From NCBI GenBank assembly GCA_947478395.1, contig CANJVR010000001.1:512001-576000 (forward strand): 64,000 nucleotides of DNA. The letters are read 5' to 3'. How positions within the stretch are numbered: the first letter of the stretch is position 1; every line of letters starts with the position of its first letter. Under the pieces are notes generated by a model, which saw nothing but the letters and a program-made list of their open reading frames with translations, was not told the origin of the DNA and made no database searches. The stretch comes from Opitutia bacterium. Lineage in GTDB: Bacteria > Verrucomicrobiota > Verrucomicrobiia > Opitutales > Opitutaceae. The position numbers were made by a program, and so were the translations under genes. Positions 50,719 through 59,599 of this stretch are shown one piece after another.

Positions 50719-51903
50719 ATGAGGTGCGCTGAAAAGCCCAAATTGAGCACAGGCCCGACGATAAAAGCGTTTAGGAGCGCGATCGCGTTGCTCATCCTCG
50801 CCTCGATCCAGGTCGTCCAGGCTCACGATCCGTTTTCGAGCGTCGCCAACGCCCGGATCGATGCCACCGGCACCACGGTCGAAATCACCCTTGGCCGCTC
50901 CACGGTGAGCAGCTCGTTTCCCGAACTGCCTCCGACGGTCGACGACGACAACCTCGCCGCCGCCACGTCGCGACTCAAAGAAATCGGTCGCGAGTTCTAT
51001 CGCATCACGACTACGTCCGGCTCGCTCAAGCCCGGCGAGGTCGAGGTCACGTTGTCGATCGAGAGCGACCTGATATTCACCGTACACTACCCGCGACCAC
51101 CGGAGGGTCCGGTAGATTTCCGCGCGGTTTACCTCGAAAAAATGCCGTCCGATCACGTCGGCACCCTCTTTGTCGAAGACGGAGCCGGACGGAATTTGGG
51201 CTGGAACTATCTTGATGCCACGAACCCGGCGTTGCGGATCACGTACCCCCTTGGTGCACCGGCAACGGCGGCCGCTTCGGCTGCGAATCCATCCGCGCCC
51301 GCCGCCGCACCCGACGCAGCCTTGACCGCGGCGGCCAACACGCCCCGCTTCCGCGCGTTTATAAAGCTCGGCGTCGAGCACATCCTCAAGGGCTACGATC
51401 ACCTGCTTTTTCTCTGCGGACTTCTGGTCGCCTGCCGCCGCCTGCGTTCGATGGCGGGAATTATCACGTGCTTCACCCTCGCGCACTCAATCACCCTCGC
51501 GCTCGCGGCGCTCGATGTGGTCACGATTCCCAGCCGGATCGTCGAACCCTTGATCGCGGCGTCCATTGTGTTCGTCGGCGTGGAAAACCTACTGCGCCGC
51601 GACTCCGAGCCCAAGGGCCGCTGGGCGCTCACGTTCGCGTTTGGCCTCGTGCACGGCTTCGGTTTCGCCAGCGCGCTCAAAGGCATCGGCCTCGGCTCCG
51701 GCGGCGCGTCGCTGGTGGCGCCGCTTTTCGGATTTAACCTCGGCGTGGAAATCGGCCAGCTCGGCGTCGCCGCCGTGGCCCTGCCGTTGCTGTTGAAACT
51801 CCGCCAACAGCCCGCCTTTGTTCGTTACGGTCTTCCCGTCGCTTCATCCATCGTCACGCTCTTGGGTGCCTACTGGCTCCTGCAACGCACGCTTCTCCCA
51901 TGA
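50719..51903 (+). CDS. HupE/UreJ family membrane protein with periplasmic N-domain
   Basis: AHD after a signal-like segment; LGVEHILKGYDHLLFL, FTLAHSITL, VEPLIAASI, FGLVHGFGFA, FNLGVEIGQL; start uncertain. Confidence 0.88.
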   Translation: MRCAEKPKLSTGPTIKAFRSAIALLILASIQVVQAHDPFSSVANARIDATGTTVEITLGRSTVSSSFPELPPTVDDDNLAAATSRLKEIGREFYRITTTSGSLKPGEVEVTLSIESDLIFTVHYPRPPEGPVDFRAVYLEKMPSDHVGTLFVEDGAGRNLGWNYLDATNPALRITYPLGAPATAAASAANPSAPAAAPDAALTAAANTPRFRAFIKLGVEHILKGYDHLLFLCGLLVACRRLRSMAGIITCFTLAHSITLALAALDVVTIPSRIVEPLIAASIVFVGVENLLRRDSEPKGRWALTFAFGLVHGFGFASALKGIGLGSGGASLVAPLFGFNLGVEIGQLGVAAVALPLLLKLRQQPAFVRYGLPVASSIVTLLGAYWLLQRTLLP

Positions 51904-52988
51904 AAATTACCCCGCTCCTCCGCCTTTCATTCGCGCTCGGCGCCCTGCTCGGCGGGCTCCGTTGTGTCGCCCTCGAACGGCCCGACGTGCCTTTCAAGAT
52001 TTTCCAGTTCCCCGCCGACCAGATCCCGCGCATCGACGGCAAAATTGATGATTGGGCGATCGTGCCCGAGGACTACGTCGTGGGCACCGACAAGCTCGTC
52101 GACGATAGCGGCCGCGGTCGCGTGGTGGATCGCAAGAGCCTCGATATCCGGGTGCGCGTGGGCTGGGTGAAAGGTCTCAACCGCCTGTATTTTCTCTACG
52201 AGGCGACCGACGATTACTGGGATTTCGAGCAACCCGGACTGCACAACGACACGTTCGAAATCGTCGTCGATGGCGACATGTCGGGCGGACCGTTAATCGA
52301 CCGCTTCCACCCCGAGAAGGACCTGAATGCGCGCGACAAATATTTTTCGTTTCAAGGCGCGCACGCGCAGAACTACCACATCATGACGCCCGCCGAGGGC
52401 AAAGACTGGTGCATGGCGTGGGGCCCGCAGGCGTGGTGGATCAAGGATCTGCCCTACTCGAACGCGAAGTGCTTCTACACGTTCAAGCATGGCGAAGGCG
52501 GCAAGCTGGTCCTCGAGTTTTGGGTCACGCCCTTCGACTACGCGGGCGCCGAAGGTCCGGGACGCGCGGTCGAATCGGTGCTGCGCGAGAACAAGGACAT
52601 CGGCCTCTGCTGGGCCATTATCGATTACGATGGCGCGAACAAAGGCAGTAGTTTCTGGAATCTCTCGCCCAAACACACGATGTACGGCCAGGCGAGCGAG
52701 CTCGTGGCGTTTAAGTTGATGCCGCTCGAGCCCGCCTTCGTGAAACCGATCGAAGCCCAGTGGGCGTTCAAGACACTCGACATGGACCGTCGCCTGGTGG
52801 CGTTTCAGGACAAATCCGCTGGCAAGATCACGACTTGGAAATGGGATTTTGGCGACGGTACAACCTCCGGCGAACAACATCCGATTCACACCTATGCCAA
52901 GACCGGAACCTTTGTTGTGGTCCTCGACATCGAGGGGCCTGACGGCAAATCGCGTCGCTCAAAAATCTGGGACGTCGTTTTAAAATAG
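51900..52988 (+). CDS. Secreted CBM9/DOMON-like protein with C-terminal PKD domain
   Basis: PRIDGKIDDW, LYFLYEATDD, DTFEIVVDGD; C-terminal WKWDFGDG..S.EQHPIHTY. Confidence 0.75.
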   Translation: MKITPLLRLSFALGALLGGLRCVALERPDVPFKIFQFPADQIPRIDGKIDDWAIVPEDYVVGTDKLVDDSGRGRVVDRKSLDIRVRVGWVKGLNRLYFLYEATDDYWDFEQPGLHNDTFEIVVDGDMSGGPLIDRFHPEKDLNARDKYFSFQGAHAQNYHIMTPAEGKDWCMAWGPQAWWIKDLPYSNAKCFYTFKHGEGGKLVLEFWVTPFDYAGAEGPGRAVESVLRENKDIGLCWAIIDYDGANKGSSFWNLSPKHTMYGQASELVAFKLMPLEPAFVKPIEAQWAFKTLDMDRRLVAFQDKSAGKITTWKWDFGDGTTSGEQHPIHTYAKTGTFVVVLDIEGPDGKSRRSKIWDVVLK

Positions 52989-53021
52989 CCGTTCACCTCT
53001 TCCAACTCTCCCACCCGCTTT

Positions 53022-54794
53022 ATGAAATCATCTCTCATTCTCCTCCTTGCCTTGATCGCTCTCCCCTTGGGTGCGCGTGCCGCCGAATACGATGTCCGCG
53101 CCTACGGCGCCACCGGCAACGGCAAAACCATCGACAGTCCCGCCATCAATAAAGCCATCGAGGCCGCCGCGGCCGCCGGCGGTGGCGTCGTGCGCTTTCC
53201 CGCCGGCACCTACCTGAGCTTTTCGATCCGGTTGAAGAGCCACGTTACGCTGCACCTTGAGCCCGGCTCGGTGATTGAAGCGGCCACGGCCTCGCCCGAA
53301 TTAGGAAACTATGATCCGGCGGAGCCGAACGAATGGGGCGATAAACAATATCAGGACTACGGTCACAGCCATTTTCACAACAGCCTGATCTGGGGCGAAA
53401 ATTTGGACGACATCGCGATCACCGGCTCGGGCCGTATTTTCGGTAAAGGTCTAGCGCGCGCCAACGGTGGCGGCGGCGCCCGGCGCGGTGCCGGCGGCGC
53501 TGCCGGCGGACCCAACGGCACGCTCGATCCGGCCGGCCCCAACGGCACGCTTCCTCCCGGTACAGCCCCAGCGGCACCCGCGGCGGCGGCAGCCGGTGCT
53601 CCTCCTGCGGGCGGGGCTCGCGCGGGCGGCGGCGGCGGTTTCGGCGGTCCCCCGGGCGGCGGCAACAAATCGATCGCGCTGAAAAACTGCCGCAACGTCA
53701 CGCTGCGCGATTTCGCGATTCTCCAAGGCGGCTGGTTCGCCCTGCTCGCGACCGGCGTCGACAACTTCACGATCGATAACGTCAAGGTCGACACCAACCG
53801 CGACGGCTTCGACCTCGATGGGTGCCGCAATCTCCGCATCTCCAACTGCAGCGTCAACGCGATCAACGACGACGCCATCGTGCTCAAGAGTTCCTACGCA
53901 CTCGGCGAACTGCGCGCGTGCGAAAACATCACGATCACCGGCTGCCAAGTCAGCGGCTTCGATCCCGGCACGTTCCTCGACGGCACCTACCAGACGACGC
54001 AGGCCCTCGCCAGCGATCGCGACGGCCCAACCGGCCGCATTAAGTTCGGCACCGAGTCGAACGCTGGATTCAAAAATATCACGATCTCCAACTGCGTCTT
54101 CATCCGCAGCCGCGGCATCGCAATCGAGAGCGTCGACGGCGCGATCATCGAGGACGTCTCGATCTCGAATATCACGATGCGCGACGTCTCGAACGCCGCG
54201 ATTTTCCTCCGTCTCGGCAACCGCGCCCGCGGACCCGAGGGCACGCCGGTCGGCGCCATCCGTCGCGTTTCTATCAGTCACGTCACGGCCTCCAACGTCG
54301 ATGCGCGTTACCCGATCATCATCGCCGGCCTGCCCGGCCACCCGATCGAGGACGTGCGCATCAGCGACGTTCGCGTCGTTTCGCGCGGCGGACTCACGCT
54401 CGACGATGCGGCGAAACAACCCGCCGACCTCGTGAACACGTTTTTTCTGCGCGGCGCCGGTCTGGCGGGTCCGCGCGATCCGTTCAATCCACCCGAGCAG
54501 GAAAAAGGTTACCCTGAACCTTCGATGTTCGGCCTGCTGCCGGGCTACGGGCTCTATGTCCGCCACGCCGCGCGACTCAGTTTCCGCGACATCGAATTTG
54601 GTTTTGTGAAAGACGACACCCGACCCGCCATCGTGCTCGACGACGTGGCCGGCGTGGAATTCGACCACGTGAAAGCGCAGCGCGCCGGCGGCGCGAAATT
54701 CTTCGTACTGCGCAACGTGAAGGATTTCACGACTCGCGCCGTCGCGGGCGTTCCCGACCAGCAGAAAGCCAGCGCCGAAAACAAATCGCTCTGA
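53022..54794 (+). CDS. GH28-family pectin glycoside hydrolase
   Basis: YDVRAYGATGNG..DSPAINKAI, FPAGTY, NRDGFD, DDAIVLKS, RIKFGTES. Confidence 0.85.
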   Translation: MKSSLILLLALIALPLGARAAEYDVRAYGATGNGKTIDSPAINKAIEAAAAAGGGVVRFPAGTYLSFSIRLKSHVTLHLEPGSVIEAATASPELGNYDPAEPNEWGDKQYQDYGHSHFHNSLIWGENLDDIAITGSGRIFGKGLARANGGGGARRGAGGAAGGPNGTLDPAGPNGTLPPGTAPAAPAAAAAGAPPAGGARAGGGGGFGGPPGGGNKSIALKNCRNVTLRDFAILQGGWFALLATGVDNFTIDNVKVDTNRDGFDLDGCRNLRISNCSVNAINDDAIVLKSSYALGELRACENITITGCQVSGFDPGTFLDGTYQTTQALASDRDGPTGRIKFGTESNAGFKNITISNCVFIRSRGIAIESVDGAIIEDVSISNITMRDVSNAAIFLRLGNRARGPEGTPVGAIRRVSISHVTASNVDARYPIIIAGLPGHPIEDVRISDVRVVSRGGLTLDDAAKQPADLVNTFFLRGAGLAGPRDPFNPPEQEKGYPEPSMFGLLPGYGLYVRHAARLSFRDIEFGFVKDDTRPAIVLDDVAGVEFDHVKAQRAGGAKFFVLRNVKDFTTRAVAGVPDQQKASAENKSL

Positions 54795-54804
54795 AGATCG
54801 TAAC

Positions 54805-54935
54805 GCGGTTGAACCCAAAGCGCAGCCGCTAACGCCGTAGCGGCAGGCGTCCCTGCCTGCCGGTTTCGGTGTCCTCGTGTCGGCCGGCAGGGTCGCCTGC
54901 CGCTCCACAAAACGGCCACGGGAAAACCTAAACCG
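54805..54935 (+). repeat. REP-like family A copy (followed by a family B half-site)
   Basis: aaagcgcagccgctaacgccgtagcggcaggcgtccctgcctgcc...gcctgccgctccacaaaacggccacgggaaa. Confidence 0.85.
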
Positions 54936-55103
54936 CTCTAACCGGCGGTTGGAAAGAAATGGACGCGGGTGAGGGCACACCGCCCACAAAGTCGGACGGT
55001 TTTAAACGGTCGCATGGACGAGGCTTCACGCGATCCCGATTGGACCGTTCGGACTTATATCCCTCGCGCCCGCAACGGAAGTGCGTCTCGTTTTCTCATC
55101 CCC

Positions 55104-56459
55104 ATGTCCTCACTCCCCTCCTCTCCGCTGCTTGCGGCCCGCGCGATGTGTGCCGTCGGCACGTTCGTCGCGCTCTCCACCTTTTCGTTGTCGGCGGCGA
55201 ATTCTTCGCCCAACTGGAAATTCGATTTCGGCACCGCTAACGCTGCACCCGGTTACAGCGCCGTGACGCCCGCCGAAACCTATTCCGCCGAACGCGGCTT
55301 CGGCTTCGAGCCCGGCAGCGGTGCGCTCGTCGCCACCGACCGCGGCGGCAAGGATCCGCTCACGGGCGATTTCATCACCAGCAACCAGGCATTTTTCTTT
55401 TCGGCCAATGTCCCCGAGGGTAACTACCGCGTCCGCGTTACGCTCGGCGACAGCGCCGGCGAATCCACCACGACGATCAAGGCGGAACTCCGCCGCCTGA
55501 TGGTCGAGCACGCCACGACGAAATCCGGCAAATTCGAAACCGTGGAATTCATCGTCAACACCCGCTCACCGAAAATCACGGCCGTCGGCGACATCAAGGA
55601 AGCCGTCGTCAACCTAAAGGCCCCGCGCGAGAGCGAGCAGGAAGCCTGGGCTTGGGACGACAAAATCACCCTTGAGTTCAACGACAGTCATCCCGCGATC
55701 TGCGCCGTGGAGATTACCCGCGTCGACGTCCCGACGATCTACGTGCTCGGCGATTCCACCGTGTGCGACCAGTCGAAAGAGCCGTTCGCCAGCTGGGGCC
55801 AGATGCTCCCGCGGTTTTTCCAGCCGGTCGTCGCGATTTCGAATCACGGCGAATCGGGTGAAACGTATTCGTCGTCCCTCGGACGCCGCCGCATCGACAA
55901 AATCGTCAGCACGCTCAAGCCCGGCGAAGTCGTCCTCATGCAGTTCGGCCACAACGACCAAAAGGAAAAAGGCGAAGGCAAGGGCCCGTTCCTGCACTAC
56001 AAGGACAACATCAAGAAGCACGTCGCGATGATCCGCGCCCGCGGCGGCGTTCCCGTGATCGTATCGCCGATGGAACGACGCGCCTTCGACGACGCCGGCA
56101 AAGTCCGCCGTTCGCTCTCCGATTTCGCCGAGGGCGCCCGCCAGGCCGCGAAGGAAATCGATGCGCCATTCATCGACCTCAACGCCATGAGCGTGCCGTT
56201 CTACGAATTCCTCGAGGCGAAAGGAAAAGACGTTTCACGCCAGGCGTTCGCCGGCCAGGACAACACGCACCACAACAACTACGGTTCCTATGAACTCGCG
56301 AAAGCGATCGCCCAAGGCCTGCGCGAGGCCAAGGTCGACGTTGCGAAATATCTGCGGCCCGACTTCACGGGCTTCGACCCGCGTCATCCGGATCCGTTGG
56401 AAACGTTCGCGCTTCCCGCCACGCCGGGACGCCAAGGCCCGCGCCCCTTGGGGGAGTGA
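55104..56459 (+). CDS. Rhamnogalacturonan acetylesterase (CE12, SGNH) with N-terminal beta-sandwich
   Basis: WKFDFG, GDSTVCDQ, SWGQML, QFGHNDQK, DNTHHN; start uncertain. Confidence 0.85.
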   Translation: MSSLPSSPLLAARAMCAVGTFVALSTFSLSAANSSPNWKFDFGTANAAPGYSAVTPAETYSAERGFGFEPGSGALVATDRGGKDPLTGDFITSNQAFFFSANVPEGNYRVRVTLGDSAGESTTTIKAELRRLMVEHATTKSGKFETVEFIVNTRSPKITAVGDIKEAVVNLKAPRESEQEAWAWDDKITLEFNDSHPAICAVEITRVDVPTIYVLGDSTVCDQSKEPFASWGQMLPRFFQPVVAISNHGESGETYSSSLGRRRIDKIVSTLKPGEVVLMQFGHNDQKEKGEGKGPFLHYKDNIKKHVAMIRARGGVPVIVSPMERRAFDDAGKVRRSLSDFAEGARQAAKEIDAPFIDLNAMSVPFYEFLEAKGKDVSRQAFAGQDNTHHNNYGSYELAKAIAQGLREAKVDVAKYLRPDFTGFDPRHPDPLETFALPATPGRQGPRPLGE

Positions 56460-56483
56460 GCGAGTTCGAATTTTTTACCTGCC

Positions 56484-56544
56484 TTAGCGCGCGGCTTTAG
56501 CCCGCGGTTTGCCTCCCGCAACGCGGGCTGAATCTTCGCGCTAC
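56484..56544. repeat. REP-like inverted repeat
   Basis: tagcgcgcggctttagcccgcg ... cgcgggctgaatcttcgcgctac. Confidence 0.55.
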
Positions 56545-56858
56545 TTCTCAGCGGTCAGCTTGAGCAGGTCACGCAAGGCCATCCCATCCGCGCCGCGGAG
56601 ACGTTCAGGAGGAAAGCGAATTCGGCGGCAAAGGCCCGTAGCACTGGTGAGTAACAACGCCACCAGCGAGGGATCCGCTTCACGGGACCCGAAGCAAGGG
56701 GATTGATCCCACGCGCCGGTTACGCGCCAAGCGGCGAAGGCAGCAACAGAGCGCTGGCTTCCCGCCGGCGCACGGTTGAATATTCGCACCAGTCCGCTTC
56801 TCATCGCCTCTTTCACCCTCGTCACTCCGGTCCTTTCTGTCTTCCGGTTTTCTTGCCC

Positions 56859-58487
56859 ATGATCGCCCTTATTCGCTGTTGGCCCGCCGCCATTTTCGCT
56901 ATCGCCGCCTGCGCCGTGACGCTCTCGGCTCAAACTCCGGCCGCGCCCAATCTCCTGGCCTCGGGCGGCAACTCCGCCGGCTTCGACATGGCGCCGGAAA
57001 CGCGGCTGGCCGTCGTTGAGGCCGCGGTCGCGCAGATTCCTTCCCAGATTCCCGCGGGACCATTCGAGCCGACGTGGGATTCGCTGAAGAAGAATTATCA
57101 CGTGCCCGCCTGGTTCTATGAGGCGAAGTTCGGCCTCTTCATGCACTGGGGCGTCTATTCGGTCCCCGCGCACCACAACGAATGGTACGAAAAACACATG
57201 TACGGCGCGGACCGCGCGTGGCACGTCGAGCATTTCGGCTCGCAGGAAAAATTCGGCTACAAGGATTTCATTCCGCTCTTCACGCAGGAAAAATTCGATC
57301 CCAACGCCTGGGCCGAGCTGTTCAAAAAAGCCGGCGCGCGCTTCGTCGTTCCCACCGCGCAACATCACGACAACTTCGCGCTATGGGACAGCCAGGTCAC
57401 ACCGTTCAACGCGAAACAGATGGGCCCGAAACGCGATCTCATTGGCGATCTCGCGCAAGCCGTCCGGGCGCGCGGGATGAAATTCGGCGTTTCCAATCAC
57501 GGCATTGAAAATTTCCAGTTCATCAATCCGCCGAAGGACCTCGCGGACCTGCTGAAGGCGAAACAGGCCGATCTCTATGATCCGAAGTGGGCCGACTTTT
57601 ATCACGTGGCCGATCGCAGCGACGCCGCGTGCGAAAAATTCCTCGTCGACTGGTACGCACGCAACGTGGAGCTGATCGAAAAATATCGGCCCGACATGCT
57701 GTGGTTCGACAACGGCGTCGACCAGCGCTACCTCGATCCGCTTAAGCTCCGCATCGCCGCGTACTATTATAACCGCGCCGCCGAATGGGGGCAGGCGGTC
57801 TCGATCAGCACCAAGAAGGCCGCCTACGCGCCCGGCGGGGACAACGTCGCGACCATCGGCTCGATCATCGATTTCGAAAAGATTGGCGCCCGCTCCCCCG
57901 CCGGCATCCGCCCCGGCGCGTGGCAGGTCGACCACCCGATCGGCACGACCTGGGGCTACACGAGCGACATGAAGATCTCGAGCGCCGCCTCCATCGTCGC
58001 CGCGCTCGTCGACACCGTGAGTCGCAATGGCGTGTTTCTCCTCAACCTTTCGCCTAAGGCCGACGGCACCATTCCGCAGGAACAACAGGACACGTTGCTC
58101 GGCGTCGGCGCCTGGCTCGGCGTCAATGGCGAGGCTATTTACGGCACCCACAACTGGACCACCTTCGGCGTCGGCGGCGGGCGCGGCGATAAGGGCCCGC
58201 ACGTGCGCTTCACCGTGAAAGGCGAGTCGCTCTACGCGATCGTCATCGGCACCTACCCGACGGAGGAAATCACACTCACGTCCCTGGCCGAGTCGGCCGC
58301 GCTCGAAGGACGGATCACCGGCGTCACGTTGCTCGGCAGCAGCGAGCGGGTCGACTATCGCTCCACCCCAGACGGACTGAACGTAAAATTCCCCGTGGCA
58401 GCGCCCTGCAATTACGCTTACACCCTCAAGATCGACGGTCTGAAAATGAACGCGTCGACCAACACCCCCGACGGTAATCCGCTTTGA
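56859..58487 (+). CDS. Alpha-L-fucosidase (GH29)
   Basis: PTWDSL, AKFGLFMHWGVYSVP, AQHHDNF, PDMLWFD, LLNLSPKADGTIP, NGEAIYGT. Confidence 0.9.
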   Translation: MIALIRCWPAAIFAIAACAVTLSAQTPAAPNLLASGGNSAGFDMAPETRLAVVEAAVAQIPSQIPAGPFEPTWDSLKKNYHVPAWFYEAKFGLFMHWGVYSVPAHHNEWYEKHMYGADRAWHVEHFGSQEKFGYKDFIPLFTQEKFDPNAWAELFKKAGARFVVPTAQHHDNFALWDSQVTPFNAKQMGPKRDLIGDLAQAVRARGMKFGVSNHGIENFQFINPPKDLADLLKAKQADLYDPKWADFYHVADRSDAACEKFLVDWYARNVELIEKYRPDMLWFDNGVDQRYLDPLKLRIAAYYYNRAAEWGQAVSISTKKAAYAPGGDNVATIGSIIDFEKIGARSPAGIRPGAWQVDHPIGTTWGYTSDMKISSAASIVAALVDTVSRNGVFLLNLSPKADGTIPQEQQDTLLGVGAWLGVNGEAIYGTHNWTTFGVGGGRGDKGPHVRFTVKGESLYAIVIGTYPTEEITLTSLAESAALEGRITGVTLLGSSERVDYRSTPDGLNVKFPVAAPCNYAYTLKIDGLKMNASTNTPDGNPL

Positions 58488-58492
58488 TTCCC

Positions 58493-59392
58493 ATGAAACT
58501 CGCCCACCTCGTTCCGCTGTTCGCCGCGCTGTTTGCGCTTTCCGCCCACGCTCAAACGGCCCCGGCTGAAAAAGCCCCCGATCTCGCCGCCAACCCCGCG
58601 CCCGTCCGCGGTATGATCAACCCGGCGCTGCCATCGATTTTTGTCGCGGGGGATTCCACCGCGGCCAAGGGCAAGGGCGAAACCCAACAAGGCTGGGCCG
58701 TGCCGTTCGCCGATTATTTCGACTCGGCGAAAGCGAATGTGCTCAACCGCGCGCGCGGTGGCGCCAGCACGCGCACGTTCATCGCCTTGGGCTTGTGGGA
58801 CCAGATCCTTGCCGATCTAAAAAAAGACGACGTCGTCCTGATCCAGTTCGGGCACAACGACGGCAGCCCGGTCAACGAGGCCGAGTCCGTCCCGGTCTCG
58901 GCCCGTCGCTCTCGCGGTACGATTCCCGGCCTCGGCGAGGAAACCCAGGAAATCGACAACATCATCACGAAGAAGCACGAGACCATTCACACGTTCGGCT
59001 GGTATATGCGTAAGATGATCGCCGACGTGCAGGCCAAGGGCGCGAAGCCGATCGTGATTTCTCTCACCGCCCGCAACATCTGGAGCGCCGACGGCCGTAT
59101 CGAGCGTGGCTCCGGCCGTTACAGTCAATGGTCGTACGATATCGCGAAAGCCGCGCACGTGCCGTTCATCGACCTCACGACCATGATGGCGGATAAATTC
59201 GACGCGATGGGCGCGGAGAAAACCAAGGCACTCTATCCCCAGGATCACACGCACTTCAACGCCGTCGGCGCCGACCTGCACGCCGCCGCCGTCGTTGCCG
59301 GTCTTAAAACCGTTCAGCCCAATCCCATCTCGAAGCTTCTTTCCGCCCAAGGCGAAGCCTTGACGCCGGCGCCAGTCGCGACCGCGAAGTAG
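58493..59392 (+). CDS. Rhamnogalacturonan acetylesterase (CE12, SGNH)
   Basis: FVAGDST, NRARGGASTRTF, IQFGHND, DHTHFN. Confidence 0.88.
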   Translation: MKLAHLVPLFAALFALSAHAQTAPAEKAPDLAANPAPVRGMINPALPSIFVAGDSTAAKGKGETQQGWAVPFADYFDSAKANVLNRARGGASTRTFIALGLWDQILADLKKDDVVLIQFGHNDGSPVNEAESVPVSARRSRGTIPGLGEETQEIDNIITKKHETIHTFGWYMRKMIADVQAKGAKPIVISLTARNIWSADGRIERGSGRYSQWSYDIAKAAHVPFIDLTTMMADKFDAMGAEKTKALYPQDHTHFNAVGADLHAAAVVAGLKTVQPNPISKLLSAQGEALTPAPVATAK

Positions 59393-59599
59393 GTCGGTTT
59401 TCCGACCTAACGGCTTGGGAAACGCTCGAACTCGAGCGGCAAATCACCCGCGGCTTACAGACGGCAGGTCAAAGACCCGACCTACACCAGCCACCTGTGG
59501 CACGGGTTCCCGCACGTGTCAGAACAGGAAGCCACCTGCGACGCCATCGGCGGGTTGCAGGCACCCGCCGGCACCCAAAAATCGGGTGGACCCGACCGT

